Shown here in pieces: positions 37,442 to 48,885 of a stretch of 64,000 nt of DNA. The translations under genes were made by a program, and so were the position numbers. Numbering within the stretch: position 1 is the first letter of the stretch; the number at the start of each line of letters is the position of its first letter. The notes beneath the pieces were generated by a model that was given only the letters and a program-made list of their open reading frames with translations, did not search any database and was not told the DNA's origin. Source of the DNA: Macrostomum hystrix (Eukaryota > Animalia > Platyhelminthes); the NCBI GenBank assembly GCA_950097015.1, contig CATNEN010000003.1:8122001-8186000 (forward strand), given 5' to 3'.

Positions 37442-40400
37442 CTGTCCTTTCTGGTTCGACCGCTTCTGCAACTCAAATCAGTAGCAAGCAAAGCCACTAA
37501 CACAGCAATATTTACTAAGCAACAAGCCCTTTTATCGCAAGCTGTAGCCAGCCCTTCATTGAAACAGCCGCCCAAGTCTGTAATAATGGACCGCTCTCTG
37601 TACACGGTGCCTTCGGACGCTCCCGTCACCTTCCTGTCCTGCGGTGCTGCATTCTCCAAGCTGAGTGAAGCTGAGAAGGCATACGCCTATCACCTGTGCA
37701 GAGCCTCATGGTTCAATGGTCTAATATGCCTGCACCAGACCAGTGCTGAGTCACCCGGCCTCTTCCTGGTGCTGCAGAACATCTTCAGGCGTCAGACACC
37801 GGAGCAGCTGAGAGCAGCTTGTGGTGATTCAGTTTCCGATGAGCAATGGGCAGCCTTCCTGATGTATGTTACTCAGTTGCTGGGCAATTTGGGCAACTAC
37901 AAATCATTTGGCGACACCAAGATTCTGCCTGACCTGCCCGAGGATGTTCTGGACAAGTGAGCAGGAACTTCTTGCCTTTGGATGTTTTCTATTTTTGTTC
38001 GATTACATCGCATGTTACGGGTACAACTGTTACAGTGTTTCCACAGCTGTTACAGAGCTTCCACAGCTGTTACAGAGCTTTCACAACTGTTACAGTACTT
38101 CCACAACTGTTACAGAGCTTTCACAACTGTTACAGAGCTTTTACAACTGTTACAGAGCTTTCACAACTGTTACAGTGCTTCCGCAGCTGTTACAGAGCTT
38201 TCACAACTGTTACAGTACTTCCACAACTGTTACAGAGCTTTCACAACTGTTACAGTACTTCCACAACTGTTACAGAGCTTTCACAACTGTTACAGAGCTT
38301 CCACAACTGTTACAGAGCTTTCACAACTGTTACAGAGCTTTCACAACTGTTACAGAGCTTTCACAACTGTTACAGAGCTTTCACAACTGTTACAGAGCTT
38401 CCACAACTGTTACAGAGCTTTCACAACTGTTACAGAGCTTCCACAACTGTTACAGAGCTTTCACAGCTGTTACAGAGCTTTCACAACTGTTACAGTACTT
38501 CCACAACTGTTACAGAGCTTTCACAACTGTTACAGAGCTTTCACAACTGTTACAGTACTTCCACAACTGTTACAGAGCTTTCACAACTGTTACAGTGCTT
38601 CCACAGCTGTTACAGAGCTTTCACAACTGTTACAGAGCTTCCACAACTGTTACAGAGCTTTCACAGCTGTTACAGAGCTTTCACAACTGTTACAGTACTT
38701 CCACAACTGTTACAGAGCTTTCACAACTGTTACAGTGCTTCCACAGCTGTTACAGAGCTTTCACAACTGTTACAGAGCTTTCACAACTGTTACAGTGCTT
38801 CCACAGCTGTTACAGAGCTTTCACAACTGTTACAGTGCTTCCACAGCTGTTACAGAGCTTTCACAACTGTTACAGTGCTTCCACAACTGTTACGGAGCTT
38901 CCACAACTGTTACGGAGCTTTCACAACTGTTACAGAGCTTTCACAGCTGTTACAGAGCTTTCACAACTGTTACGGAGCTTTCACAGCTGTTACAGAGCTT
39001 TCACAGCTGTTACAGAGCTTTCACAGCTGTTACAGAGCTTTCACAGCTGTTACGGAGCTTTCACAACTGTTACAGAGCTTTCACAGCTGTTACAGAGCTT
39101 TCACAACTGTTACAGAGCTTTCACAGCTGTTACAGAGCTTTCACAACTGTTACAGAGCTTTCACAACTGTTACAGAGCTTTCACAACTGTTACAGTGCTT
39201 CCACAGCTGTTACAGAGCTTTCACAACTGTTACAGTACTTCCACAACTGTTACAGAGCTTTCACAACTGTTACAGAGCTTTCACAACTGTTACAGAGCTT
39301 TCACAACTGTTACAGTACTTCCACAACTGTTACAGTGCTTCCGCAACTGTTACAGAGCTATCACAACTGTTACAGAGCTTTCAAAACTGTTACAGAGCTT
39401 TCACAACTGTTACAGTACTTCCACAACTGTTACAGAGCTTTCACAACTGTTACAGAGCTTTCACAACTGTTACAGAGCTTTCACAACTGTTACAGTACTT
39501 CCACAACTGTTACAGTGCTTCCGCAACTGTTACAGAGCTATCACAACTGTTACAGAGCTTTCAAAACTGTTACAGAGCTTTCACAACTGTTACAGTACTT
39601 CCACAACTGTTACAGAGCTTTCACAACTGTTACAGAGATTTCACAACTGTAACAGTACTTCCACAACTGTTACGGAGCTTTTACAACTGTTACAGAGCTT
39701 CCACAGCTGTTACAGAGCTTTCACAACTGTTACAGAGCTTTCACAACTGTTACAGAGCTTTCACAACTGTTACAGAGCTTTCACAACTGTTACAGTGCTT
39801 CCACAGCTGTTACAGAGCTTTCACAACTGTTACAGTGCTTCCACAGCTGTTACAGAGCTTTCACAACTGTTACAGAGCTTTCACAACTGTTACAGAGCTT
39901 TCACAACTGTTACAGAGCTTTCACAACTGTTACAGTGCTTCCGCAACTGTTACAGAGCTTTCACAACTGTTACAGAGCTTTCACAACTGTTACAGTGCTT
40001 CCGCAACTGTTACAGAGCTTTCACAACTGTTACAGAGCTTTCACAACTGTTACAGAGCTTTCACAACTGTTACAGAGCTTTCACAACTGTTACAGTGCTT
40101 CCACAGCTGTTACAGAGCTTTCACAACTGTTACAGTACTTCCACAACTGTTACGGAGCTTTTACAACTGTTACAGAGCTTCCACAGCTGTTACAGAGCTT
40201 TCACAACTGTTACAGAGCTTTCACAACTGTTACAGAGCTTTCACAACTGTTACAGTGCTTCCACAGCTGTTACAGAGCTTTCACAACTGTTACAGAGCTT
40301 TCACAACTGTTACAGTGCTTCCGCAACTGTTACAGAGCTTTCACAACTGTTACAGAGCTTTCACAACTGTTACAGAGCTTTCACAACTGTTACAGTGCTT

Positions 40401-43400
40401 CCACAGCTGTTACAGTGCTTCCGCAACTGTTACAGTACTTCCACAACTGTTACAGAGCTTTCACAACTGTTACAGAGCTTTCACAACTGTTACAGAGCTT
40501 TCACAACTGTTACTGTGCTTCCGCAACTGTTACAGAGCTTCCACAGCTGTTACAGAGCTTTCACAGCTGTTACAGAGCTTTCACAACTGTTACAGAGCTT
40601 TCACAGCTGTTACAGAGCTTTCACAACTGTTACAGAGCTTTCACAACTGTTACAGAGCTTTCACAACTGTTACAGAGCTTTCACAACTGTTACAGAGCTT
40701 CCACAGCTGTCACAGAGCTTTCACAACTGTTACAGAGCTTTCACAGCTGTTACAGAGCTTTCACAACTGTTACAGAGCTTTCACAACTGTTACAGAGCTT
40801 CCACAACTGTTACAGAGCTTTCACAACTGTTACAGAGCTTTCACAGCTGTTACAGAGCTTTCACAACTGTTACAGTACTTCCGCAACTGTTACAGAGCTT
40901 TCACAACTGTTACAGAGCTTTCACAACTGTTACAGAGCTTTCACAACTGTTACAGAGCTTCCACAACTGTTACAGAGCTTTCACAGCTGTTACAGAGCTT
41001 TCACAACTGTTACAGAGCTTTCACAACTGTCACAGAGCTTTCACAACTGTTACAGAGCTTTCACAACTGTTACAGAGCTTCCGCAACTGTTACAGAGCTA
41101 GAATTGTTTAAGTACTAATGCTCTTTCAGAAATTTAATTTCAAGCTGTTTCTTAACTGTTAGAAACAGACTGTTACAAAGCATCCTTTATACCGCAACCG
41201 ATTGCAGAATCGTCACCAGTTCCGATGCGCACGCGGCCTCCGAGCGAGTCCGGGTTGCCTGGCAACGCTGCCGCTCCGCTGCCAGCAGCCTGACGGAGCG
41301 GAACCGGCAGCTGGGCCTTGGCTCAGCCGGGGTGACTGCCTACTTCTCCGAGAACTGTGACGAGACCGATGCGAAACTGGCTCAGGCGTTTCTGGACAGT
41401 CGCAAGATCAGCGCCTACAACACCAGGCTGTTTAAGTCCACCGATGACGGCTCCTACCGCGTTGTGCAGGTAATAATGTTTTAGCATTTTATTCTCTAGG
41501 ACTTGAGTTTTCAGACTGGTAAAACAAAAGACAATGGCAGAAAGGCAGACTGCCAGCTAATAAAAATGGGCCAGGCTAGCAGCCAATTAGAATGAAGTAA
41601 GCGGCCAGCCAATTAGAATGAAGCAAGCGGCCAGCCAACTAGAACGAAGAAGTGGGCCAGCCAATTAGAATGAAGCAAGCTGCCAGCCATATACAAAGAA
41701 GCTGACTGCTAGCCAATAGCAGCTCATATACAGTCTGCAAATGGGAGTCTAATGTCGCATATTTCGTTGCTAGGCTTCTGCCGAACCTGGCGTTGTCATC
41801 GAGCCTGTCGAATTCGTTGGCGAAGGCGGCAAGTCCAGCAAGTTCAGCGTTGAACGAGGCGACTACCGGGGGCTGATGTCGCTGGCGCTGCCGCATTTGC
41901 GCAACGCCGAAGCGGCTGCACTTAACGCCAACCAGGCGGAGATGCTGCGTCACTACGCTGCCTCATTCGCCGGGGGCAGCATCGACGATCACAAGGACGG
42001 CTCGAGGGCCTGGATCCGCGACAAGGGACCGGCCGTGGAGACCTACATGGGCTTCATTGAGTCTTACAGGTGTGCTTAACCTTTAATCTAGATCTTGACT
42101 AGGCTCTGGGATCTCGAATCAAGAACTGGGATCTAGAATCAAGAACTGGGATCTAGAATGATGAACTGAGATCTAGAATCAAGAACTGGGATCTAGAATC
42201 AAGAACTGGGATCTAGAATCAAGAACTGGGATCTAGAATCATGAACTGGGATCTAGAATCAAGAACTGGGATCTAGAATCAAGAACTGGGATCTAGAATC
42301 AAGAACTGGGATCTAGAATCAAGAACTGGGATCTAGAATCAAGAACTGGGATCTAGAATCAAGAACTGGGATCTAGAATCAAGAACTGGGATCTAGAATC
42401 AAGAACTGGGATCTAGAATCAAGAACTGGGATCTAGAATCAAGAACTGGGATCTAGAATCAAGAACTGGGATCTAGAATCAAGAACTGGGATCTAGAATC
42501 ATGAACTGGGATCTAGAATCAAGAACTGGGATCTAGAATCAAGAACTGGGATCTAGAATCAAGAACTGGGATCTAGAATCAATAACTAGGATCTAGAATC
42601 AGGAAATGGGATCTAGAATCAAGAACAAATTATATTGCTAATCCCCACTAAAATATCCTCAGAGATCCCTTCGGTGTGCGCGGTGAATTCGAGAGCTTCG
42701 TTGCCGTAGTCAACAAGGAGCAGAGTGCCAAATTCAATGCCCTGGTGTCTAACGCTGAGAAATTCCTGCCTCTACTGCCCTGGCCAGCGGCTTACGAGAA
42801 GGACAAATTTCTGCAGCCGGACTTCACTGCTCTGGAGATTGTCACCTTTGCTAGCAGCGGTGTGCCGCTTGGCATCAACATTCCCAACTACAATGAGATT
42901 CGACAGTCAGAAGGCTTCAAGAATGTCTCGCTAGGCAATGTTCTGTCTAGCAGCTTCTCTGATCCCAAGACAACTTTCCTGGTTGAGGAAGATAAGGAAA
43001 TCTGGATTCGACGCATTGCTCAGTCATTCGAAGTTCAGGTTGGTGACTTGATGTGATGCTGTTACAGAACTGATGCTGTTACAGAACTGATGCTGTTACA
43101 GAACTGATGCTGTTACAGAGCTGATGCTGTTACAGAACTGATGCTGTTACAGAACTGATGCTGTTACAGAACTGATGCTGTTACAGAACTGATGCTGTTA
43201 CAGAGCTGATGCTGTTACAGAACTGATGCTGTTACAGAACTGATGCTGTTACAGAACTGATGCTGTTACAGAGCTGATGCTGTTACAGAGCTGATGCTGT
43301 TACAGAACTGATGCTGTTACAGAGCTGATGCTGTTACAGAACTGATGCTGTTACAGAACTGATGCTGTTACAGAACTGATGCTGTTACAGAACTGATGCT

Positions 43401-46386
43401 GTTACAGAGCTGATGCTGTTACAGAGCTGATGCTGTTACAGAACTGATGCTGTTACAGAACTGATGCTGTTACAGAACTGATGCTGTTACAGAGCTGATG
43501 CTGTTACAGAACTGATGCTGTTACAGAACTGATGCTGTTACAGAACTGATGCTGTTACAGAGCTGATGCTGTTACAGAACTGATGCTGTTACAGAACTGA
43601 TGCTGTTACAGAACTGATGCTGTTACAGAACTGATGCTGTTACAGAACTGATGCTGTTACAGAACTGATGCTGTTACAGAACTGATGCTGTTACAGAACT
43701 GATGCTGTTACAGAACTGATGCTGTTACAGAGCTGATGCTGTTACAGAACTGATGCTGTTACAGAACTGATGCTGTTACAGAACTGATGCTGTTACAGAA
43801 CTGATGCTGTTACAGAACTGATGCTGTTACAGAGCTGATGCTGTTACAGAACTGATGCTGTTACAGAACTGATGCTGTTACAGAACTGATGCTGTTACAG
43901 AACTGATGCTGTTACAGAACTGATGCTGTTACAGAACTGATGCTGTTACAGAACTGATGCTGTTACAGAACTGATGCTGTTACAGAACTGATGCTGTTAC
44001 AGAACTGGCGCACTTGAGTTGTATTAGAACTGATGCTGTTACAGAACTGGTGCACTTGAGTTGTATTAGAACTGAGGCTGTTACAGAACTGATGCTGTTA
44101 CAGAGCTGATGCTGTTACAGAACTGATGCTGTTACAGAACTGATGCTGTTACAGAACTGATGCTGTTACAGAACTGATGCTGTTACAGAACTGATGCTGT
44201 TACAGAACTGGCGCACTTGAGTTGTATTAGAACTGATGCTGTTACAGAACTGGTGCACTTGAGTTGTATTAGAACTGAGGCTGTTACAGAACTGGCGCAC
44301 TTGAGTTGTATTAGAACTGAGGCTGTTACAGAACTGGCGCACTTGAGTTGTATTAGAACTGAGGCTGTTAGAGAACTGGCGCACTTGAGTTGTATTAGAA
44401 CTGAGGCTGTTACAGAACTGGCGCACTTGAGTTGTATTAGAACTGAGGCTGTTACAGAACTGGCGCACTTGAGTTGTATTAGAACTGAGGCTGTTACAGA
44501 ACTGGCGCACTTGAGTTGTATTAGAACTGAGGCTGTTAGAGACTCAAGCAGTAGTCCTGATTCTTTACATTGTCAGGTGGGCCTACACGAGCTGCTGGGC
44601 CACGGCAGCGGCAAACTATTTGAGCAGTCGGCCGATGGCAATTTCAACTTCGACTCAAACTCGGTGACAGATCTGGTCACAGGTAAAGCAGTTTCCACCT
44701 GGTATCAGGCTGGCGAAACTTGGGACGGCAAGTTCAGCAATGTGGCATCTGCCTTCGAGGAATGCCGAGCCGAATGCGTCGGAGTCTACCTGTGCGACGT
44801 GCCCGAAGTTCTAGCCGTATTCGGCCATCCGTCAGAGGAAGCCGAGGAAGTCACCTACGTCAACTGGCTTTGCATGGCTCGCGCCGGCGTGGCCTCGTTG
44901 GAGATGTACACACCTGAAGGTGGCGGCTCTTGGCGACAGGCCCACAGTAGGGCCAGGTTTGCCATCCTGCGTGTGCTGCTAGAGGCTGGACAGGTGAGTG
45001 GATGTTATTTGATGGGATAAACAAGTGAGATACCAATATAATAATAAAAATAATAGCAGGAGGGCTGCGGGCAATGGCACATCATTTGGTGACACTAGAC
45101 CCGCAGCCAGCGAGGAGGCAATTCTGCCTATTTCGCTGACTCCTGAGCACACGCGCACACAGATACCGTACTCAGGCACACGCTCACATAGGTGTGTACA
45201 TCTGCCCTGACTTTCTTATTGTCAAGCAGTGTACACTCACTTTGCCTTGGAGGTTGGCCCTCAAGGGCGTATATTGCACGACAAGCCCTCAAGCCTTCTC
45301 TCCTTGGATGCGCCGAGGCAGATCCGTTTAACCCCTAGTAAACGACCAAAACTTTAGGACCAGTCTTCCTTCGAGTTTCAGGGCCAGTAGGGTGGATAGC
45401 TCAGTCAGTAAGGTGTCGGACTCTGAATCAGATGGTCATGGGTTCGACTCCCGACCTAGTCTAGAACTATTCGTGCAGCCCTTGGCAAGCTGCTTTGCCC
45501 TGATGTGCACACAGTCTGCAAATGAGTACCGACATTTCGTCTGGTAATAATAATTCTGGCTGGCGTGGAATAAAGCAGTTCTGTGCGGCAATTCAGTGGA
45601 GTTCGGATGCTGCCGATATGTTTGGAAAAAATAAATTCCATTGCTGACACGCGGCTGTCAACTGGTGTCCGAGAGAGCCGGGAAGTACATTAGGTGTGCA
45701 GTCCCCTCCTGCTAGTGTGCTTGACACACAACACCTGCACTGGCCCTTGGGTCTAGTGTCAATTATTATTATTATTATAGGGCCAGTACTAACACCCCTT
45801 AAGGATCTGTACTCCCTGACCTTCAGTGCCTATTTGACCTTCAGGCTAGTTAATTTGCTTTCATGGACACTTCAATAACTTCAGACCATCAGGGTCGTTA
45901 CTCATGCTTGTGATTAGCCGTATAAATGATTTAACCTTGTCTTTAAACTCTCAGGGCCTAGTGACAATCTCAGAGACGACAGGCGAGGACGGCCATCCGG
46001 ACCTGACGGTGCGCCTGGACCGGTCCAAGATTCGCAGCGTGGCCAAGCCGGCAGTCGGCGAGTTCCTGAAGCGCCTGCAGTGCTACAAGTCAACCTGCAA
46101 TGTGGAGGCTGGCCGGGCATTCTTTGAGTCCTACTCAAGCGTTGACGAATATTTCCAGCGACTGCGCCAAGTTGTGATCGCCAGGCGCAAGCCGAGGCGC
46201 GTCTTCATCCAGGCCAACCTGCGAATGGACTCGGCTGGCAGCGTCGGCCTCGTCGAGTACTCGGACGGCGCCAGCGAGATGATCCGGTCATTCCGGGAGC
46301 GGTTCAACGACGAGGACTGGGCCAGAATCGAGGACGCGATCTGGCTACAGTGGGAGCGGGACCTGCCCCACATGCTGCTGGCCTGA
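37442..46386 (+). CDS. DPP3: Dipeptidyl peptidase III (M49), copy A; exons 37442(ATG 37586)-37956, 41208-41469, 41774-42069, 42663-43038, 44577-44993, 45955-46386
   Basis: Diagnostic HELLGH and EECRAE zinc motifs, plus [24 protein letters not shown] and [10 protein letters not shown]. All introns are GT-AG and in phase. Confidence 0.95.
38020..41099. repeat. 20-bp minisatellite (TCACAACTGTTACAGAGCTT), ~154 units, DPP3-A intron 1
   Basis: Exact 20-bp period. Confidence 0.98.
42105..42626. repeat. 20-bp minisatellite (AAGAACTGGGATCTAGAATC), ~26 units, DPP3-A intron 3
   Basis: Exact period. Confidence 0.97.
43054..44540. repeat. 17-bp minisatellite (GATGCTGTTACAGAACT) grading into a 42-bp unit, DPP3-A intron 4
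   Basis: 17-bp period to ~44005, then units carrying an extra GGCGCACTTGAGTTGTATTAGAACT. Confidence 0.97.
45038..45315 (-). mobile_element. SINE family A copy, DPP3-A intron 5
   Basis: Conserved body and (ATT)-type tail. Confidence 0.85.
45389..45780 (+). mobile_element. tRNA-derived SINE with CORE-like segment and (ATT)n tail
   Basis: TAGCTCAGTCAG A box, GGACTCTGAATC arm, GGTTCGACTCC B box, CCCTTGGCAAGCTGCTT...TGCAAATGAGTACC, ATTATTATT end. Confidence 0.7.
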
Positions 46387-46519
46387 GGGCGGGCTTTGAG
46401 CACTCGGCTTGACACGGACTATTTTTTGCTGCTTGTTGATTTGGTCATTGTTAATTCTTTATAGTTCAATAATTGACCGAGATTTTTTGTTTCAGAGGCC
46501 TTTTAAATTCATCACTGTG

Positions 46520-46850
46520 ACTTAATTGTAGGTCATTTACTGACTGTATTGTAGTTCATTTACCGACTGAATTGTAGGTCATTTACTGACTGAATTGTAG
46601 GTCATTTACTGACTGAATTGTAGGTCATTTACTGACTGAATTGTAGGTCATTTACTGACTGAATTGTAGGTCATTTACTGACTGAATTGTAGGTCATTTA
46701 CTGACTGTACTGCAGGTCATTTTCTGACTGAATTATAGGTCATTTACTGACTGAATTGTAGGTCATTTACTGACTGTACTGCAGGTCATTTTCTGACTGA
46801 ATTATAGGTCATTTACTGACTGAATTGTAGGTCATTCAGGGACTGAATTT
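46520..46850. repeat. 23-bp minisatellite (GTAGGTCATTTACTGACTGAATT), ~14 units, downstream of the DPP3-A stop
   Basis: Tandem periodicity. Confidence 0.92.
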
Positions 46851-47549
46851 ATTGGTCATTCGCTTTACTGTTTTTTATTCGTCAAAGTTTTTAGTAATTT
46901 CAAACAAAATTGATTGAATTTTCCCGTCCTAATCATTTTCAACGGCAATTTCATTATAAGTATATTCTTAGTCGTTTGTTTTTTGGCTTGTTCCGCTAAA
47001 ATAAACTTTGTCGAATTTCCCTTCTTTCTGTTTCTGCTGCTTAGCTAAGTAGCATATACTTAATAACTTAGGTATGAAAACACTTTTTTATTTGTTGTTT
47101 TAAGTTTGCCTTATCATCATTTCCTTAATCTAATCTGTTAAATTATATTTTAATTTCTTCTGCCTGGTCTCTTAACCTGGGCCAAATCTTGTTATTCATT
47201 TGTTAAGATCCTTTTCGAACTCTTAATAAACAAATCTTCATTGATCTAAATCGTTTTTTTGGTTTCTGTGAATGACTTTAAATCTGATTTAATTTTGTTA
47301 CGATTCTAGGTTTGGTTGATTAATAATAAAATTATAACAAACTATCCGATCAGCATGGGTCAGATGTACAGTCAGTTTTGGTTGCAGCTAGCTATTGCAC
47401 AGCGCTTCCAAGGTAAGCTGCTCAGTACCTTGACTGAGGGATTGCTTCGTTCTATAATCCAGCTAATACCAGTTTTATAGCTGCGCTAACTAAAGCAATC
47501 TGGAGTTGAGCTCACGTATCTTGCTCAAGGACAAAAACTGATTCCCTTA

Positions 47550-47773
47550 TAATAATATTAATTACAGGAGGGCTGCGGGCAATGGTGACACTAGACCTGC
47601 AGCCAGCGAGGAGGCAATTCTGCCCATTTCGCTGACTCCTGAGGACACGCTCACACATGTGTGTACACCTGCCCTGACTTTCTCATTGTCAAGCAGTGTA
47701 CACTCCCACTGTGCCTTGGAGGTTGGCCCTCAAATGCGTAAATTGCACGACAAGTCCCTAAGCCTTCTCTCCG
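47550..47773 (-). mobile_element. SINE family A copy (deleted/truncated)
   Basis: CAGGAGGGCTGCGGGCAATGG...GCAGCCAGCGAGGAGGCAATTCTGCCCATTTCGCTGACTCCTGAG. Confidence 0.85.
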
Positions 47774-48885
47774 TTCGTCTGGTCAGGCTGCAAAGTCCCA
47801 TTGTGGGGTCTCCGGTCGGTCGGATCAAAGTGGATGCTGTGGGTCGATAATTTTCCTCGCTGACGGTGGTGACTTTCGTCGTTGACGGTGACCGTGGCAG
47901 TCTGGTGTTTGATTGGGGATGTGTGTGTTCTTGTAGGTGTTGGGTTGTTGTGTGGTGTTTTTATTTCAGGGAACCCACTTTAGCTGCTGTTCGAGTTTGT
48001 TTTCCCGCGTTGCCTGGACTCAGGATACAAGGTGTGTACATCGGCGAATAATTTCGTTCCCATGGCTCTAGCTCTTGTACATAGCAACTCTATGTTAGTT
48101 AGGGCTCGCGATAATTTTTTCAGGTCTGAATAGAAAACATTTCATTTATCTGTGTGGATCTTTCTCTGGGTAGATTTTCTTTAGCTTCTCGGAGATTGAA
48201 GCCGATGATATTTGTGGATTATTGTGTGTGATTTTCGTGCTTTTTTTCTAACGCCTGACTGACACCCATTTAAATGTGTGCTGGATTTAGCAATTGAAAT
48301 GTATGTACCCAATTTTAATACGCTACTTAAAGCTAGTATATAGAACATGGTAGAAGGAGCAGTAGAAACAATCATGACATAATGCCTAATGACAAATAAG
48401 TCTATTTATATATATACAATGATAATAAATAATAGAAAAAATATAGATTTTTTGTCGAAAGCGATAAGAACAAAAACTTTTTAAAGCAGTTTTCCGCGAT
48501 ATTCCGTTGGTTCTTGCTGAAGGACGTTAAAATAATTCATTAAACGTTAAAGACATCCAAAGAGGCTCTTAATTGCTAGTCCTTTATACTAAATTTTACA
48601 ATTGTAAAACGTTTACAGTTGCATTAACTAAAGCACTTGAGAGTTGAGTACATATATCTTGCTCAAGAACACAAATAGTTTTCCCTATTTTTGTTCTTAG
48701 ACTAAGAATAAAACTACCAACCTGTCCGTTCGTCTGAATGTCCGAAAATGCGACTGCGACTGCAATCGGATTTTGCTATTCGACAAGACATAACACGAAA
48801 AATTTTCCATAGACTAAAGTAGATTTATAGTCGCCCGTCATAGTCAGTTACGAGTATGAATATATTTTTCAATCTGTCTCCACAG

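Noticed and set aside
37866-41118. 1081-aa and 1053-aa ORFs (and similar ones at 49310-50901)
   Set aside because: Translations of a stop-free 20-bp intronic minisatellite; read-through from DPP3 exon 1 hits TGA immediately.
7535-44540. Possible CRISPR arrays
   Set aside because: Units are head-to-tail with no unique spacers, there are no cas genes, and the context is eukaryotic.
45389-45462. Possible tRNA-Gln(CTG) gene (also the tRNA-like head at 10749)
   Set aside because: The acceptor stem does not pair, and the sequence continues into a SINE body and tail.
45970-45990. SETTGE as a Keap1-binding ETGE motif
   Set aside because: Not an exact ETGE, and not in the loop after HELLGH where human DPP3 carries it (here DLVTGK/DLVTGN).
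47774-48380. Possible LINE remnant
   Set aside because: No EN or RT motif recognised; cannot be supported without a search.
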